Virus record (IMG/VR): IMGVR_UViG_3300025390_000037
Coordinates: 1-24,672 of that record
Direction: 5' to 3' (one strand)
Length of the DNA: 24,672 nt
Source: a virus
Taxonomy: Duplodnaviria > Caudoviricetes
This document shows, piece by piece, positions 9,375-16,399 of this stretch. The translations under genes and the position numbers were made by a program. Numbering within the stretch: position 1 is the stretch's first letter; the number at the start of each line of letters is the position of its first letter. The notes under the pieces are model-generated. The model searched no databases. It saw nothing but the letters and a program-made list of their open reading frames with translations, and had not been told where the DNA came from.

Positions 9375-9649
9375 AGCGCATCCACAAGTTTAAGCACCCT
9401 AATGGCTGACTCAATGTCGGTCACAATAGCCAACGTTCCCCCAGGCCATTTTCCGTGGAATGTAATTTGGTCTTCAGTAAGGTTGTTTTTGCCAAACTTG
9501 ACTTCCATCAAGATGGTATGTCTCTTATAGCCAACAAGCAGATCAGGAACACCTTTACCCACAGTTGCTAGGGAAACCACAAAAGCACCGTGATCTCTCA
9601 GAGCTTTAACGATTTCAACGTGATTCTGATCCACTCGTGCTGCTCTCAT
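9371..9649 (-). CDS. VRR-NUC / PD-(D/E)XK nuclease
   Basis: GVPDLLVG...MEVK catalytic motif followed by LTEDQITFH. Confidence 0.8.
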   Translation of the reverse strand: MRAARVDQNHVEIVKALRDHGAFVVSLATVGKGVPDLLVGYKRHTILMEVKFGKNNLTEDQITFHGKWPGGTLAIVTDIESAIRVLKLVDAL

Positions 9650-9815
9650 TTTCTAATTCCTTAATTCTCGCTGCAATGGCCTTACCTAACCCTGTAAATA
9701 GACCTGTTGGGTCTTTCTCCATGATCCCAACTTGGTATCGTGCGTGGTCAATCCAACCTGGCATCATGGCTAGACGTGCGTAATGGTCAATAAATTGCTC
9801 AATTTCAAACATCAT
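9615..9815 (-). CDS. Hypothetical protein
   Basis: ORF probably starting MMFEIEQ at 9815, overlapping the methyltransferase stop (ATGA). Confidence 0.55.
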   Translation of the reverse strand: MMFEIEQFIDHYARLAMMPGWIDHARYQVGIMEKDPTGLFTGLGKAIAARIKELENESSTSGSESR

Positions 9816-10548
9816 TCTGAGAGTATATTCCATGCAACTGCTGCCACTCTAGGAACTTGTCCATTGCCAATGGCTTTAAGTCTGTCCACTCTAGAGGCCA
9901 TCCCATTAACCACTCGACCCACGTTGGGTTCAACCGGCCATCCGTAGTTGGCTCTAAGCTCATCACCACTTCTCCAAGATTGCTTTTCCAATGTTGGTTG
10001 GTCGGGTCTAGATGTCTGCTGATTGCGTGTCTTGAATCCTGGCAAACTGGTGTGGGCCACTTCTTTTGCGACAATCCAAATTCTATCTCTCTGATGTGGC
10101 GCTCCAATGTCACCTGCTCCCAACACTCCCCATCTCGCATTAAACCCCATTGAGGCCAAGTCTCCAAGAACTCGTCCAAGCCCCCTAGAAGTGAGCATTG
10201 GTGAGTTTTCCACAAAGACGTGCTTTGGTCGTACCTCGTGAATGATGCGAGCCATTTGTCCCCACATTCCTGATCGTTCTCCGTCAATTCCTGCGCCTTT
10301 TCCTGCTGCTGAGATGTCTTGGCATGGAAATCCTCCCGAAACAACGTCAACAATTCCTCTCCACGGTCTTCCGTCAAAGGTTTTAACGTCATCCCAAATC
10401 GGGAAAGGCGGGAGAAGACCGTCATTTTGTCGGGCGCACAATACGCTTCCTGGATAGGCTTCCCATTCGACTGCACAGACTGTTCGCCATCCGAGCAAAT
10501 GTCCCCCAAGTATTCCTCCACCAGCGCCTGCGAAAAGAGCCAACTCAT
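9805..10548 (-). CDS. Overlapping alternative-frame protein, putative methyltransferase beta-like chain (TRD plus motif IX)
   Basis: 247 codons open across the MTase gene. C-terminal WPTP...GRLNPTWVEWLMGWP resembles C5-MTase motif IX. ATG directly follows the upstream gene's stop. Confidence 0.72.
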   Translation of the reverse strand: MSWLFSQALVEEYLGDICSDGEQSVQSNGKPIQEAYCAPDKMTVFSRLSRFGMTLKPLTEDRGEELLTLFREDFHAKTSQQQEKAQELTENDQECGDKWLASFTRYDQSTSLWKTHQCSLLGGLDEFLETWPQWGLMRDGECWEQVTLERHIREIEFGLSQKKWPTPVCQDSRHAISRHLDPTNQHWKSNLGEVVMSLEPTTDGRLNPTWVEWLMGWPLEWTDLKPLAMDKFLEWQQLHGIYSQNDV

Positions 10549-10552
10549 TCAT
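9812..10552 (-). CDS. C5-cytosine DNA methyltransferase, catalytic (alpha-like) chain
   Basis: Motif I LFAGAGG, IV GGFPCQ, VI VENS, VIII HQRDR and X LKAIGNGQVP; no recognisable motif IX. Confidence 0.92.
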   Translation of the reverse strand: MNELALFAGAGGGILGGHLLGWRTVCAVEWEAYPGSVLCARQNDGLLPPFPIWDDVKTFDGRPWRGIVDVVSGGFPCQDISAAGKGAGIDGERSGMWGQMARIIHEVRPKHVFVENSPMLTSRGLGRVLGDLASMGFNARWGVLGAGDIGAPHQRDRIWIVAKEVAHTSLPGFKTRNQQTSRPDQPTLEKQSWRSGDELRANYGWPVEPNVGRVVNGMASRVDRLKAIGNGQVPRVAAVAWNILSE

Positions 10553-10914
10553 TTACCCATCCTTAATGCTTGTAATTTAGCTTTGATTTCTTCAGGCATA
10601 GGCACAACTTGTTTGGAGTGCTCCTCTAAAGCCTTTAAGAAGGTGTTTTCTGGGACTTTTGGGGCGATTTCAGGAACTTCTGCACCATCCCATCGTTGTT
10701 GGTTCAAATAAACGCTTGGAGCAGGTATAAACGCACCGTTATCCTTGCGCCATTGATCGGTTGTTTTCATCCACTCAACGTGCTTGATGATCTGATCGCA
10801 ACACGACTCACAATAGCTTTTAGCCCAGATCGCTAGGCATTTTGATTTGCCCCCTTTTCTAGGTGACTTAGGCCAAGCGTTCCAAAATCTATCAAATCCT
10901 GATTCAAATAACAT
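10549..10914 (-). CDS. Phage replication protein (initiator C-terminal-like domain)
   Basis: FDRFWNAWPK...K...W and FIPAPSVYLNQQRWD, typical of lambdoid replication-initiator C-terminal domains. Confidence 0.7.
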   Translation of the reverse strand: MLFESGFDRFWNAWPKSPRKGGKSKCLAIWAKSYCESCCDQIIKHVEWMKTTDQWRKDNGAFIPAPSVYLNQQRWDGAEVPEIAPKVPENTFLKALEEHSKQVVPMPEEIKAKLQALRMGK

Positions 10915-11021
10915 TCTTTTTCCTTAATGACTTCATACTTGCCACAACTTTCACAATTCCAAACTTGTCCTGCTTTGACTTCATGTTGTTTGACAATTCC
11001 TCCACAACTACATAACCTCAT
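10833..11021 (-). CDS. Small Zn-ribbon hypothetical protein
   Basis: CSCGG...CESCG; AAGGA-like RBS upstream on the minus strand. Confidence 0.45.
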   Translation of the reverse strand: MRLCSCGGIVKQHEVKAGQVWNCESCGKYEVIKEKECYLNQDLIDFGTLGLSHLEKGANQNA

Positions 11022-11036
11022 AATTAGTCCTTAAAG

Positions 11037-11045
11037 TTATCCACA
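11037..11045 (+). promoter_or_regulatory. Consensus DnaA box
   Basis: TTATCCACA in non-coding DNA upstream of the replication gene; single copy here. Confidence 0.35.
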
Positions 11046-11071
11046 ATGGTGCTTTTTGGTGAACGTTTGAG

Positions 11072-11432
11072 CAAAGCATAGCCTAACCGTACCAAAACGA
11101 GTTTCGCTCTATGCCTTGATGGGTGCTTTTCGGAGCCACGTCATCGCATTGCACTATGCCAGACTATTTTCAACCACCACGCTCTAGCAATTCGCCCACG
11201 TTCCCTGATCTGGTTTGCTCGTGTTTCAGGGTATCTCGTACACAACCACCGACGTACCGCATTGTGTAGTCCAAAAGCAAAAACCCCATAATTCACTCTG
11301 TGGTCTTGGCTCTTGGCGAGAGCAACAGCAAAACGTATGACGCTAATCAAAAGTTCCGCTTGCTGTCTAGCAAGACCACACAGAAAACTATGGGGTTTTA
11401 TCATTAGCGTCTACGTCCGATGCCACTCAGAC
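11072..11432 (-). ncRNA. Candidate structured non-coding RNA / leader
   Basis: Nested inverted repeats: 11280-11290/11389-11399, 11300-11308/11371-11379, 11309-11323, 11325-11331/11360-11366, 11239-11245/11262-11268, 11203-11208/11226-11231, 11072-11081/11109-11118 and 11415-11432. G-U pairs favour the minus strand. Confidence 0.55.
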
Positions 11433-11440
11433 GGTTTGGA

Positions 11441-11641
11441 TTATACATCAGCTTTTTTTTTAGCGGTGCGGATAATTATTGTTTTCACACGATCTCTGTC
11501 GCACAAATCCAACTTTTTCATTTTTAATTGATATTTCACGTTGCAATCATCGCAAGGTGAGACAACTTCACGAGCCAAACGAGCTAGTTCTACCCAACTC
11601 CTAAAGTGTTCGTAACTGGGAAAGCATTTTGGGTAATCCAT
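11441..11641 (-). CDS. Small Cys-containing hypothetical protein
   Basis: 66 aa, PKCF...SPCDDC...C; first gene of the leftward operon. Confidence 0.6.
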   Translation of the reverse strand: MDYPKCFPSYEHFRSWVELARLAREVVSPCDDCNVKYQLKMKKLDLCDRDRVKTIIIRTAKKKADV

Positions 11642-11674
11642 TTTTCCATCATAAAGTGTTGTAAATTTATTTAA

Positions 11675-11694
11675 TATTAGGGTAATCCCTAATA
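11675..11694. promoter_or_regulatory. Palindromic operator-like site in the divergent promoter region
   Basis: TATTAGGG-taat-CCCTAATA perfect 8-bp inverted repeat in an AT-rich gap; TTGACA at 11703-11708. Confidence 0.6.
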
Positions 11695-11749
11695 CAAATA
11701 TGTTGACAATGATTTAAGATTCACTTGCGTTAACAAAAAGGAGAACGCA

Positions 11750-11854
11750 ATGTCAAGGACTGAAGCCAATCAGATTTTGAGTAATTGGAAGCATGGGATG
11801 ATTTATCCCTTGTACATAATTAACCAGGCTCTAATGACTACAGGTGACCTATGA
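11750..11854 (+). CDS. Small hypothetical protein (34 aa), not in ORF track
   Basis: AAGGAG RBS at 11738-11743; MSRTEANQILSNWKHGMIYPLYIINQALMTTGDL; stop overlaps the next ATG. Confidence 0.7.
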   Translation: MSRTEANQILSNWKHGMIYPLYIINQALMTTGDL

Positions 11855-12093
11855 CAGAAGTTGAAAGCCTCCAGTTTGAGTTGAAGAATATTCAAGAATT
11901 ACTTTTTGAATATGCGATGGAACTTAACCGAAAACAAGCTATCATTAACAGACTGACCAAAGCGCCTTTATCTGACGAACGTTTATACTCTTTGTACAGA
12001 CATTCGATGGATTGGAGAAAGTTTGCTAGGGATGTTGAGAGAGAGCATGGTATCGGAGAACCAGAGCTAGAGGAAGACAGTTACTACGATTAA
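11851..12093 (+). CDS. Hypothetical protein
   Basis: 80-aa ORF with ATGA coupling. Confidence 0.65.
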   Translation: MTEVESLQFELKNIQELLFEYAMELNRKQAIINRLTKAPLSDERLYSLYRHSMDWRKFARDVEREHGIGEPELEEDSYYD

Positions 12094-12122
12094 CGCCCGC
12101 AAGGGACTTTTAAGGAAACATT

Positions 12123-12314
12123 ATGATTGACACAGGCAAAGTCGTGATCGGTAAATTTTACGAGCCACGCAAACCACACACCATCACCCAAGAAGAAGAA
12201 CTCATCAAGTTCATATTGACCGCTAAGACAAAACCATTGTCTGAGGTTGTTCTTCCTTACATCTACGCAACCGCACTATTTGTTCTAGCTCTAGATTTAT
12301 TTTTCTGGAGATAA
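12123..12314 (+). CDS. Small membrane protein
   Basis: AAGGA RBS; C-terminal TM segment VVLPYIYATALFVLALDLFFWR. Confidence 0.65.
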   Translation: MIDTGKVVIGKFYEPRKPHTITQEEELIKFILTAKTKPLSEVVLPYIYATALFVLALDLFFWR

Positions 12315-12315
12315 C

Positions 12316-12519
12316 ATGAACGCAGAATACTGTATTGCCAATGCCAAGCAATTGGCAGAGATGTACTACGCACTAGAAGACACAGACTATTCAAGACGAA
12401 TGGGCTACATCTATCGCATTGGTATGCTTGAGAGCTACCTAAGAACTGCGTTTCAAGAAATAGAAATCCTCAAAGACACATTGTCTGATTTAGAACAATT
12501 AATGAAGGTGACTGAATGA
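12316..12519 (+). CDS. Hypothetical protein
   Basis: 67-aa ORF with GGAG RBS. Confidence 0.65.
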   Translation: MNAEYCIANAKQLAEMYYALEDTDYSRRMGYIYRIGMLESYLRTAFQEIEILKDTLSDLEQLMKVTE

Positions 12520-13064
12520 AAAACATAGCAACGGCCTTGGTAAAGGCACAAAAAGAGTTTGGCCCTGCGCTAAAGACATCTACCAACCCACACTTTAAAT
12601 CACGTTATGCTGACTTGTCTGCGTGTATTGAGGCGGTAATTGATGGGTTAAATAACAACGGTATTTTCTTGACTCAAAGACTAATGTCAAACGATGCTGG
12701 AGTTAACGTACAGACCGTATTGCTCCATGAGAGTGGTGAGATGCTTGAGTGTGGAGATATATTTATCCCTGCCAACAAACACGATGCCCAAGGGTTTGGG
12801 TCTGCCCTGACCTATGCTAGACGCTATTCGCTAATGTCTGCTTGTGGGATAGCTCCTGAAGACGATGATGGTAACGCTGCGGTGCGTAAGACCACTGTGA
12901 ATGAGAGTGTAATGATAGATCACATTACCAACATCAAGAGTGTGAGCAATGTGAACGATTTACAGGTTGCGTACAAAGACGCTTACCAAGCAGCTCAAGG
13001 TGATGCAGTATGGCAGAAAAAGATTATTGCAACCAAAGATGAGATGAAAGCGAAGTTCAAATGA
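12516..13064 (+). CDS. erf: ERF-family single-strand annealing recombinase
   Basis: NPHFKSRYADL and the signature QGFGSALTYARRYSLMSACGIAPEDDDG. Confidence 0.92.
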   Translation: MKNIATALVKAQKEFGPALKTSTNPHFKSRYADLSACIEAVIDGLNNNGIFLTQRLMSNDAGVNVQTVLLHESGEMLECGDIFIPANKHDAQGFGSALTYARRYSLMSACGIAPEDDDGNAAVRKTTVNESVMIDHITNIKSVSNVNDLQVAYKDAYQAAQGDAVWQKKIIATKDEMKAKFK

Positions 13065-13249
13065 AAGCATTTCCACTTCAATTTAAATGGGATAAAGAAT
13101 TTGATGGTTATAACGGCATGGATTTGCGAGACTGGTTTGCTGGTCTTGCTTTACCAGTAATCATGCCCGACAACAGAGCATATCCAATGGATGCGGCAAA
13201 AGCGGCATATGAGTTTGCAGACGCCATGATGAAAGCGAGAGAAAAATGA
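13061..13249 (+). CDS. Conserved small phage protein
   Basis: GMDLRDWFAGLAL...AYEFADAMMKAR motif common in phages. Confidence 0.75.
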   Translation: MKAFPLQFKWDKEFDGYNGMDLRDWFAGLALPVIMPDNRAYPMDAAKAAYEFADAMMKAREK

Positions 13250-13404
13250 TTGACGAAGATGTTGTACACGAGTACAGGATGCTAGAACAAGCACAGAGAA
13301 ACTACAGATATTTGTTAAACAGAGCACCACATTGTCGTGACCCAGAGCACCCTGGTTGCGAGCGATGTGAAGAAACAGAGGAGTGGGACGATGAGGTTAT
13401 TTAA
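13246..13404 (+). CDS. Small Cys/His protein (52 aa), not in ORF track
   Basis: ATGA overlap; MIDEDVVHEY...HCRDPEHPGCERCEE. Confidence 0.6.
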   Translation: MIDEDVVHEYRMLEQAQRNYRYLLNRAPHCRDPEHPGCERCEETEEWDDEVI

Positions 13405-13567
13405 TGTTGACTTGGATAAGAACGGTGAATTGTGGGTCAAGCCTACAGATGAATTCAATACGTTTGAATCTGAGGAAAAGAGAGAGTTTTACAAATTGTT
13501 AAAAGAGATAATGTCGCAGTATTACTACGATGAATTGGCAGCAGATATATTAAAGGACAGAAAATGA
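13391..13567 (+). CDS. Hypothetical protein
   Basis: Probable start MRLFNVD at 13391 after GAGGAG. Confidence 0.55.
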   Translation: MRLFNVDLDKNGELWVKPTDEFNTFESEEKREFYKLLKEIMSQYYYDELAADILKDRK

Positions 13568-13749
13568 GAATTAACGTAAACAAGTCTGAGTTGATAAAAA
13601 TGATTGTGTCTTACATGGAGATGGTTCACCAGTTTGAGCCTGATGACTTTGCACACATTGTTTTTTACGATGAAAAGATGGACAAGCTCGATATTGACTA
13701 TGTTGGGATTAGCTATGTATCCGATGAAGCAAAGCGAACTGATATTTGA
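13564..13749 (+). CDS. Hypothetical protein
   Basis: 61-aa ORF with AAGGA RBS. Confidence 0.55.
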   Translation: MRINVNKSELIKMIVSYMEMVHQFEPDDFAHIVFYDEKMDKLDIDYVGISYVSDEAKRTDI

Positions 13750-13996
13750 TGGCGCTGACTACGATCACGAGCGTGATAGTCAAAGGCTAACAGGTCAACT
13801 ATTGCGAGTGAAAGAAGCTATCAACGATGGGAGATGGTATACGCTTAAACAGTTGAGCGAGATTACTGGTGACCCTGAAGCGAGTGTAAGTGCTCAGTTG
13901 AGGAATCTTAGGAAACCTAGATTTGGGGCTTACACGATCAACAAACGATACATCAAAGCGGGTTTGTACGAATACGCTTTACAAAAGGATTACTGA
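13724..13996 (+). CDS. Winged-HTH DNA-binding protein
   Basis: WYTLKQLSEITGDPEASVSAQLRNLRK HTH pattern; start probably MKQSEL at 13724. Confidence 0.7.
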   Translation: MKQSELIFDGADYDHERDSQRLTGQLLRVKEAINDGRWYTLKQLSEITGDPEASVSAQLRNLRKPRFGAYTINKRYIKAGLYEYALQKDY

Positions 13997-14223
13997 TGAC
14001 TAAAGAAGAAATTATAGAAATGGTTAGAGTGGCTGGAGGTTATAGCCCTGAAAAGTATCCAGATGAATGGCGTTTGGATGTTGACGATTTATCACGTTTT
14101 GCCAAACTAGTAGCAGAAAAAGAACGTGAAGAATGTGCAAATATTTGTGAATATTATGAGGATTACGCTAAAGGTGATACCAATTACCATGCAACACTAA
14201 TCCGAGCAAGGGGACAAGAATGA
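13996..14223 (+). CDS. Small phage protein, MTKEEII...AEKERE.CA...IRARGQE family, copy 1
   Basis: Paralog of 14390-14638. Confidence 0.75.
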   Translation: MTKEEIIEMVRVAGGYSPEKYPDEWRLDVDDLSRFAKLVAEKEREECANICEYYEDYAKGDTNYHATLIRARGQE

Positions 14224-14393
14224 CTGAACAAAAAACAGGATTTACTATTTATAAACCACCTAAACCAGTTGGTTATTGGTGTTTGTATGGAGGTGGACAT
14301 ACAACAAAATTTGCAATGTATGCAAAACCTACTAATGAACAAATCAAAAACACAACAGAATTGTTGGGATGGATTTGGGAGGATGCAAAATGA
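14220..14393 (+). CDS. Hypothetical protein (57 aa), not in ORF track
   Basis: MTEQKTGFTIYKPPKPVGYWCL...LLGWIWEDAK; ATGA overlaps at both ends. Confidence 0.7.
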   Translation: MTEQKTGFTIYKPPKPVGYWCLYGGGHTTKFAMYAKPTNEQIKNTTELLGWIWEDAK

Positions 14394-14638
14394 CTAAAGA
14401 AGAAATCATTGAGATGGTTATGCAAATAGGTGGATGTGAAAGACCAGAGGATGATTCACCTGCATTAAAAATGTTTATAGACTTTGCCAAATTGGTAGCA
14501 GAAAAAGAACGTGAGGCGTGTGCTGAAATTTGTGATGGTTTTTACTTATCATGGATAGACATACAAGGTAGATATGAATTCATGGGTGAGGGAGCAAGCG
14601 AATGTGCTGGTGCAATCCGAGCAAGGGGACAAGAATGA
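14390..14638 (+). CDS. Small phage protein, same family, copy 2
   Basis: Starts MTKEEIIEMV at 14390 after GGAGG. Confidence 0.75.
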   Translation: MTKEEIIEMVMQIGGCERPEDDSPALKMFIDFAKLVAEKEREACAEICDGFYLSWIDIQGRYEFMGEGASECAGAIRARGQE

Positions 14639-14853
14639 CTGACGAAGACTATCATTTAGATGCTAGGTCTTATTTAATCGGTTTGTTTGATAAAAAGCCT
14701 TGGGTAGGACTGACGGAAGATGAGATTCATGAGTGTTTTGAGGAATGTTGCAATCTTAAAGTTGTTGACCCGAAAGGCGGTGTTAGAGGAAGCGTAAACA
14801 TTTTTGATGTGGGTATGGCAATTGAAGCCAAGCTCAAGGAAAAGAATACATGA
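14635..14853 (+). CDS. Small phage protein (WVGLT...IEAKLKEKN family)
   Basis: Start MTDEDY at 14635 with ATGA overlap. Confidence 0.7.
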   Translation: MTDEDYHLDARSYLIGLFDKKPWVGLTEDEIHECFEECCNLKVVDPKGGVRGSVNIFDVGMAIEAKLKEKNT

Positions 14854-15479
14854 GTGATGTAGAACAAAGAACGGAGGCTTGGCATTTACAACGATTAGGC
14901 AAAGTTACGGCCTCAAGGGTTGCAGATGTCATAGCCAAAACCAAATCAGGGTACTCAGCAAGTCGTGAGAACTATATGGCACAGTTGGTGGTTGAAAGAC
15001 TCACTAATAAGCCAAGCGAGGGTTTTACCAACGCTGCGATGCAATGGGGTACTGAGACAGAGCCACTTGCTAGAGCTGCCTATGAGCTTCACAAGGGAAT
15101 TTTGGTTGAGGAGGTAGGGTTTATTGACCATCCAACGATTGAGATGTCTGGGGCTTCTCCTGACGGCTTTGCAGGGGATGGATTGATAGAGATCAAGTGT
15201 CCCAACTCAGCAACGCACATTGACACATTGGTCAAGAACAAGATTCCTGACAAATATGTGCCTCAAATGGTGTGGCAGATGTTGTGTACAGGTCGGACTT
15301 GGTGTGATTTTGTAAGTTTTGATCCGAGGATGCCTGAAGATTTGCAGCTTTACATCCAAAGATTGAACTTAGAGCAACTTTATGCCAAGTCGTTGGAAGA
15401 AGAAATTAGACAGTTTTTGTTAGAAGTTAGTGAAAAAGTAAACATTTTAAGGAGTTTAAATGTCAAGAACGCAATATGA
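14850..15479 (+). CDS. YqaJ / lambda-exonuclease family recombination nuclease
   Basis: QRTEAWHLQRLGKVTAS, MQWGTETEP, GASPDG, IEIKCP and Y..QM motifs. Confidence 0.92.
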   Translation: MSDVEQRTEAWHLQRLGKVTASRVADVIAKTKSGYSASRENYMAQLVVERLTNKPSEGFTNAAMQWGTETEPLARAAYELHKGILVEEVGFIDHPTIEMSGASPDGFAGDGLIEIKCPNSATHIDTLVKNKIPDKYVPQMVWQMLCTGRTWCDFVSFDPRMPEDLQLYIQRLNLEQLYAKSLEEEIRQFLLEVSEKVNILRSLNVKNAI

Positions 15480-15696
15480 AGTGACCGCAATTGTTGGGTC
15501 TTATACCAATGCAAACGGTGAGAAAAAGAACAGATACCAAAGAATTGGGTCGGTCATTGATACTAAAAATGGATTGATGTTAAAACTAGACCTTATGCCT
15601 TTGACTGACGAGCATTGGAATGGTTGGGCATATTTAAATGTACCCAAGCCAAAAGAGCCAAAAGAGCAGTTTGAGGATAGTAGTATTCCATTTTGA
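15460..15696 (+). CDS. Small SSB-like protein
   Basis: Beta-rich 78 aa with acidic C-terminal EDSSIPF tail; follows the exonuclease. Confidence 0.6.
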   Translation: MSRTQYEVTAIVGSYTNANGEKKNRYQRIGSVIDTKNGLMLKLDLMPLTDEHWNGWAYLNVPKPKEPKEQFEDSSIPF

Positions 15697-15709
15697 TTTG
15701 TGATATAGT
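15681..15709 (+). promoter_or_regulatory. Possible extended -10 promoter for the late/packaging operon
   Basis: TGaTATAGT at 15701-15709 upstream of the AAGGA RBS of ORF 15760; -35 is weak. Confidence 0.35.
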
Positions 15710-15759
15710 AAAAGCGCTACAAGAGTAGTGTTTTTTGCAAAGAAACAAAGGAATTAAAA

Positions 15760-16095
15760 ATGGGTTATCCAAAAATGGAAAAAATGCCTAAGGGCGTTAT
15801 GTCATCAGATATGACTGGTGACAAAAAGGTTAGCGTTCCTAAAATGGACAAAGAGAAGTTTGTGCCTGGCGCATCTGGTGAGAAGATTCCTAAGGGAGCT
15901 TTGAGCAGCGACACAAGTGGTGAGCGTAAGATGCCCATCGAAGGTGGAGTTGGCATGGGTAAAGCAGACGGTATTGGTATGCGTGAAGCATCACACATGG
16001 GCCATCACGATGGACGCATGGGTGAGATGAAGGGTAAGGTTTCAGAAGAATCTTGCTACGATCACAAGCGTTACGATCACGTTCAAGATATGTAA
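15760..16095 (+). CDS. Met/Gly/Lys-rich hypothetical protein with internal repeat
   Basis: EKMPKGVMSSDMTGDKK and EKIPKGALSSDTSGERK. Confidence 0.7.
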   Translation: MGYPKMEKMPKGVMSSDMTGDKKVSVPKMDKEKFVPGASGEKIPKGALSSDTSGERKMPIEGGVGMGKADGIGMREASHMGHHDGRMGEMKGKVSEESCYDHKRYDHVQDM

Positions 16096-16104
16096 AAAGC
16101 GAAA

Positions 16105-16132
16105 CCCCTAGAAGATTGCAGTCTTTTAGGGG
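16105..16132. terminator. Intergenic hairpin (terminator or processing site)
   Basis: CCCCTAGAAGAT-tgca-GTCTTTTAGGGG; no clear U tract on the + strand. Confidence 0.45.
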
Positions 16133-16156
16133 CTTCTAGCCAACACAAAAGGAGTT

Positions 16157-16399
16157 GTGATGGATAGTAATTGTAAGTCATGTCGTTATTTCTTGGGTAA
16201 AGATACACTAGGGCAATGTCGTAGGTATCCTGTCTATCAAAACAGACATGAGAACGAATGGTGTGGAGAATTCGAGAATAGAAAATATTCCGATGAACCC
16301 ACGCCTATTCCTACTTTTGAGAGCATGGCGAGGGAACTAACGAGTTTACCTATGTACCAAGAGCCAAAGAAACGTGGGAGGCCAACAAAAAATGCTTAA
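16157..16399 (+). CDS. Small Cys-rich phage protein
   Basis: CKSCRYF...CRRYP...WCGEF, with C-terminal KKRGRP AT-hook-like motif. Confidence 0.7.
   Translation: MMDSNCKSCRYFLGKDTLGQCRRYPVYQNRHENEWCGEFENRKYSDEPTPIPTFESMARELTSLPMYQEPKKRGRPTKNA

Larger units (their letters stand above)
14199..14642 (+). repeat. 29-bp perfect direct repeat at gene junctions
   Basis: AATCCGAGCAAGGGGACAAGAATGACTGA at 14199-14227 and 14614-14642. Confidence 0.9.

Noticed and set aside
11141-11531. ORFs 11141-11404 (-) and 11313-11531 (+) as proteins
   Set aside because: No RBS or recognisable motif and atypical composition; the region is better explained by RNA structure, though a leader peptide is not excluded.
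13996-14642. Repeats as a CRISPR array, attachment site or DGR template/variable pair
   Set aside because: Only two copies, both coding; no regular spacers, no adenine-specific mismatch pattern, and no integrase or reverse transcriptase in the window.
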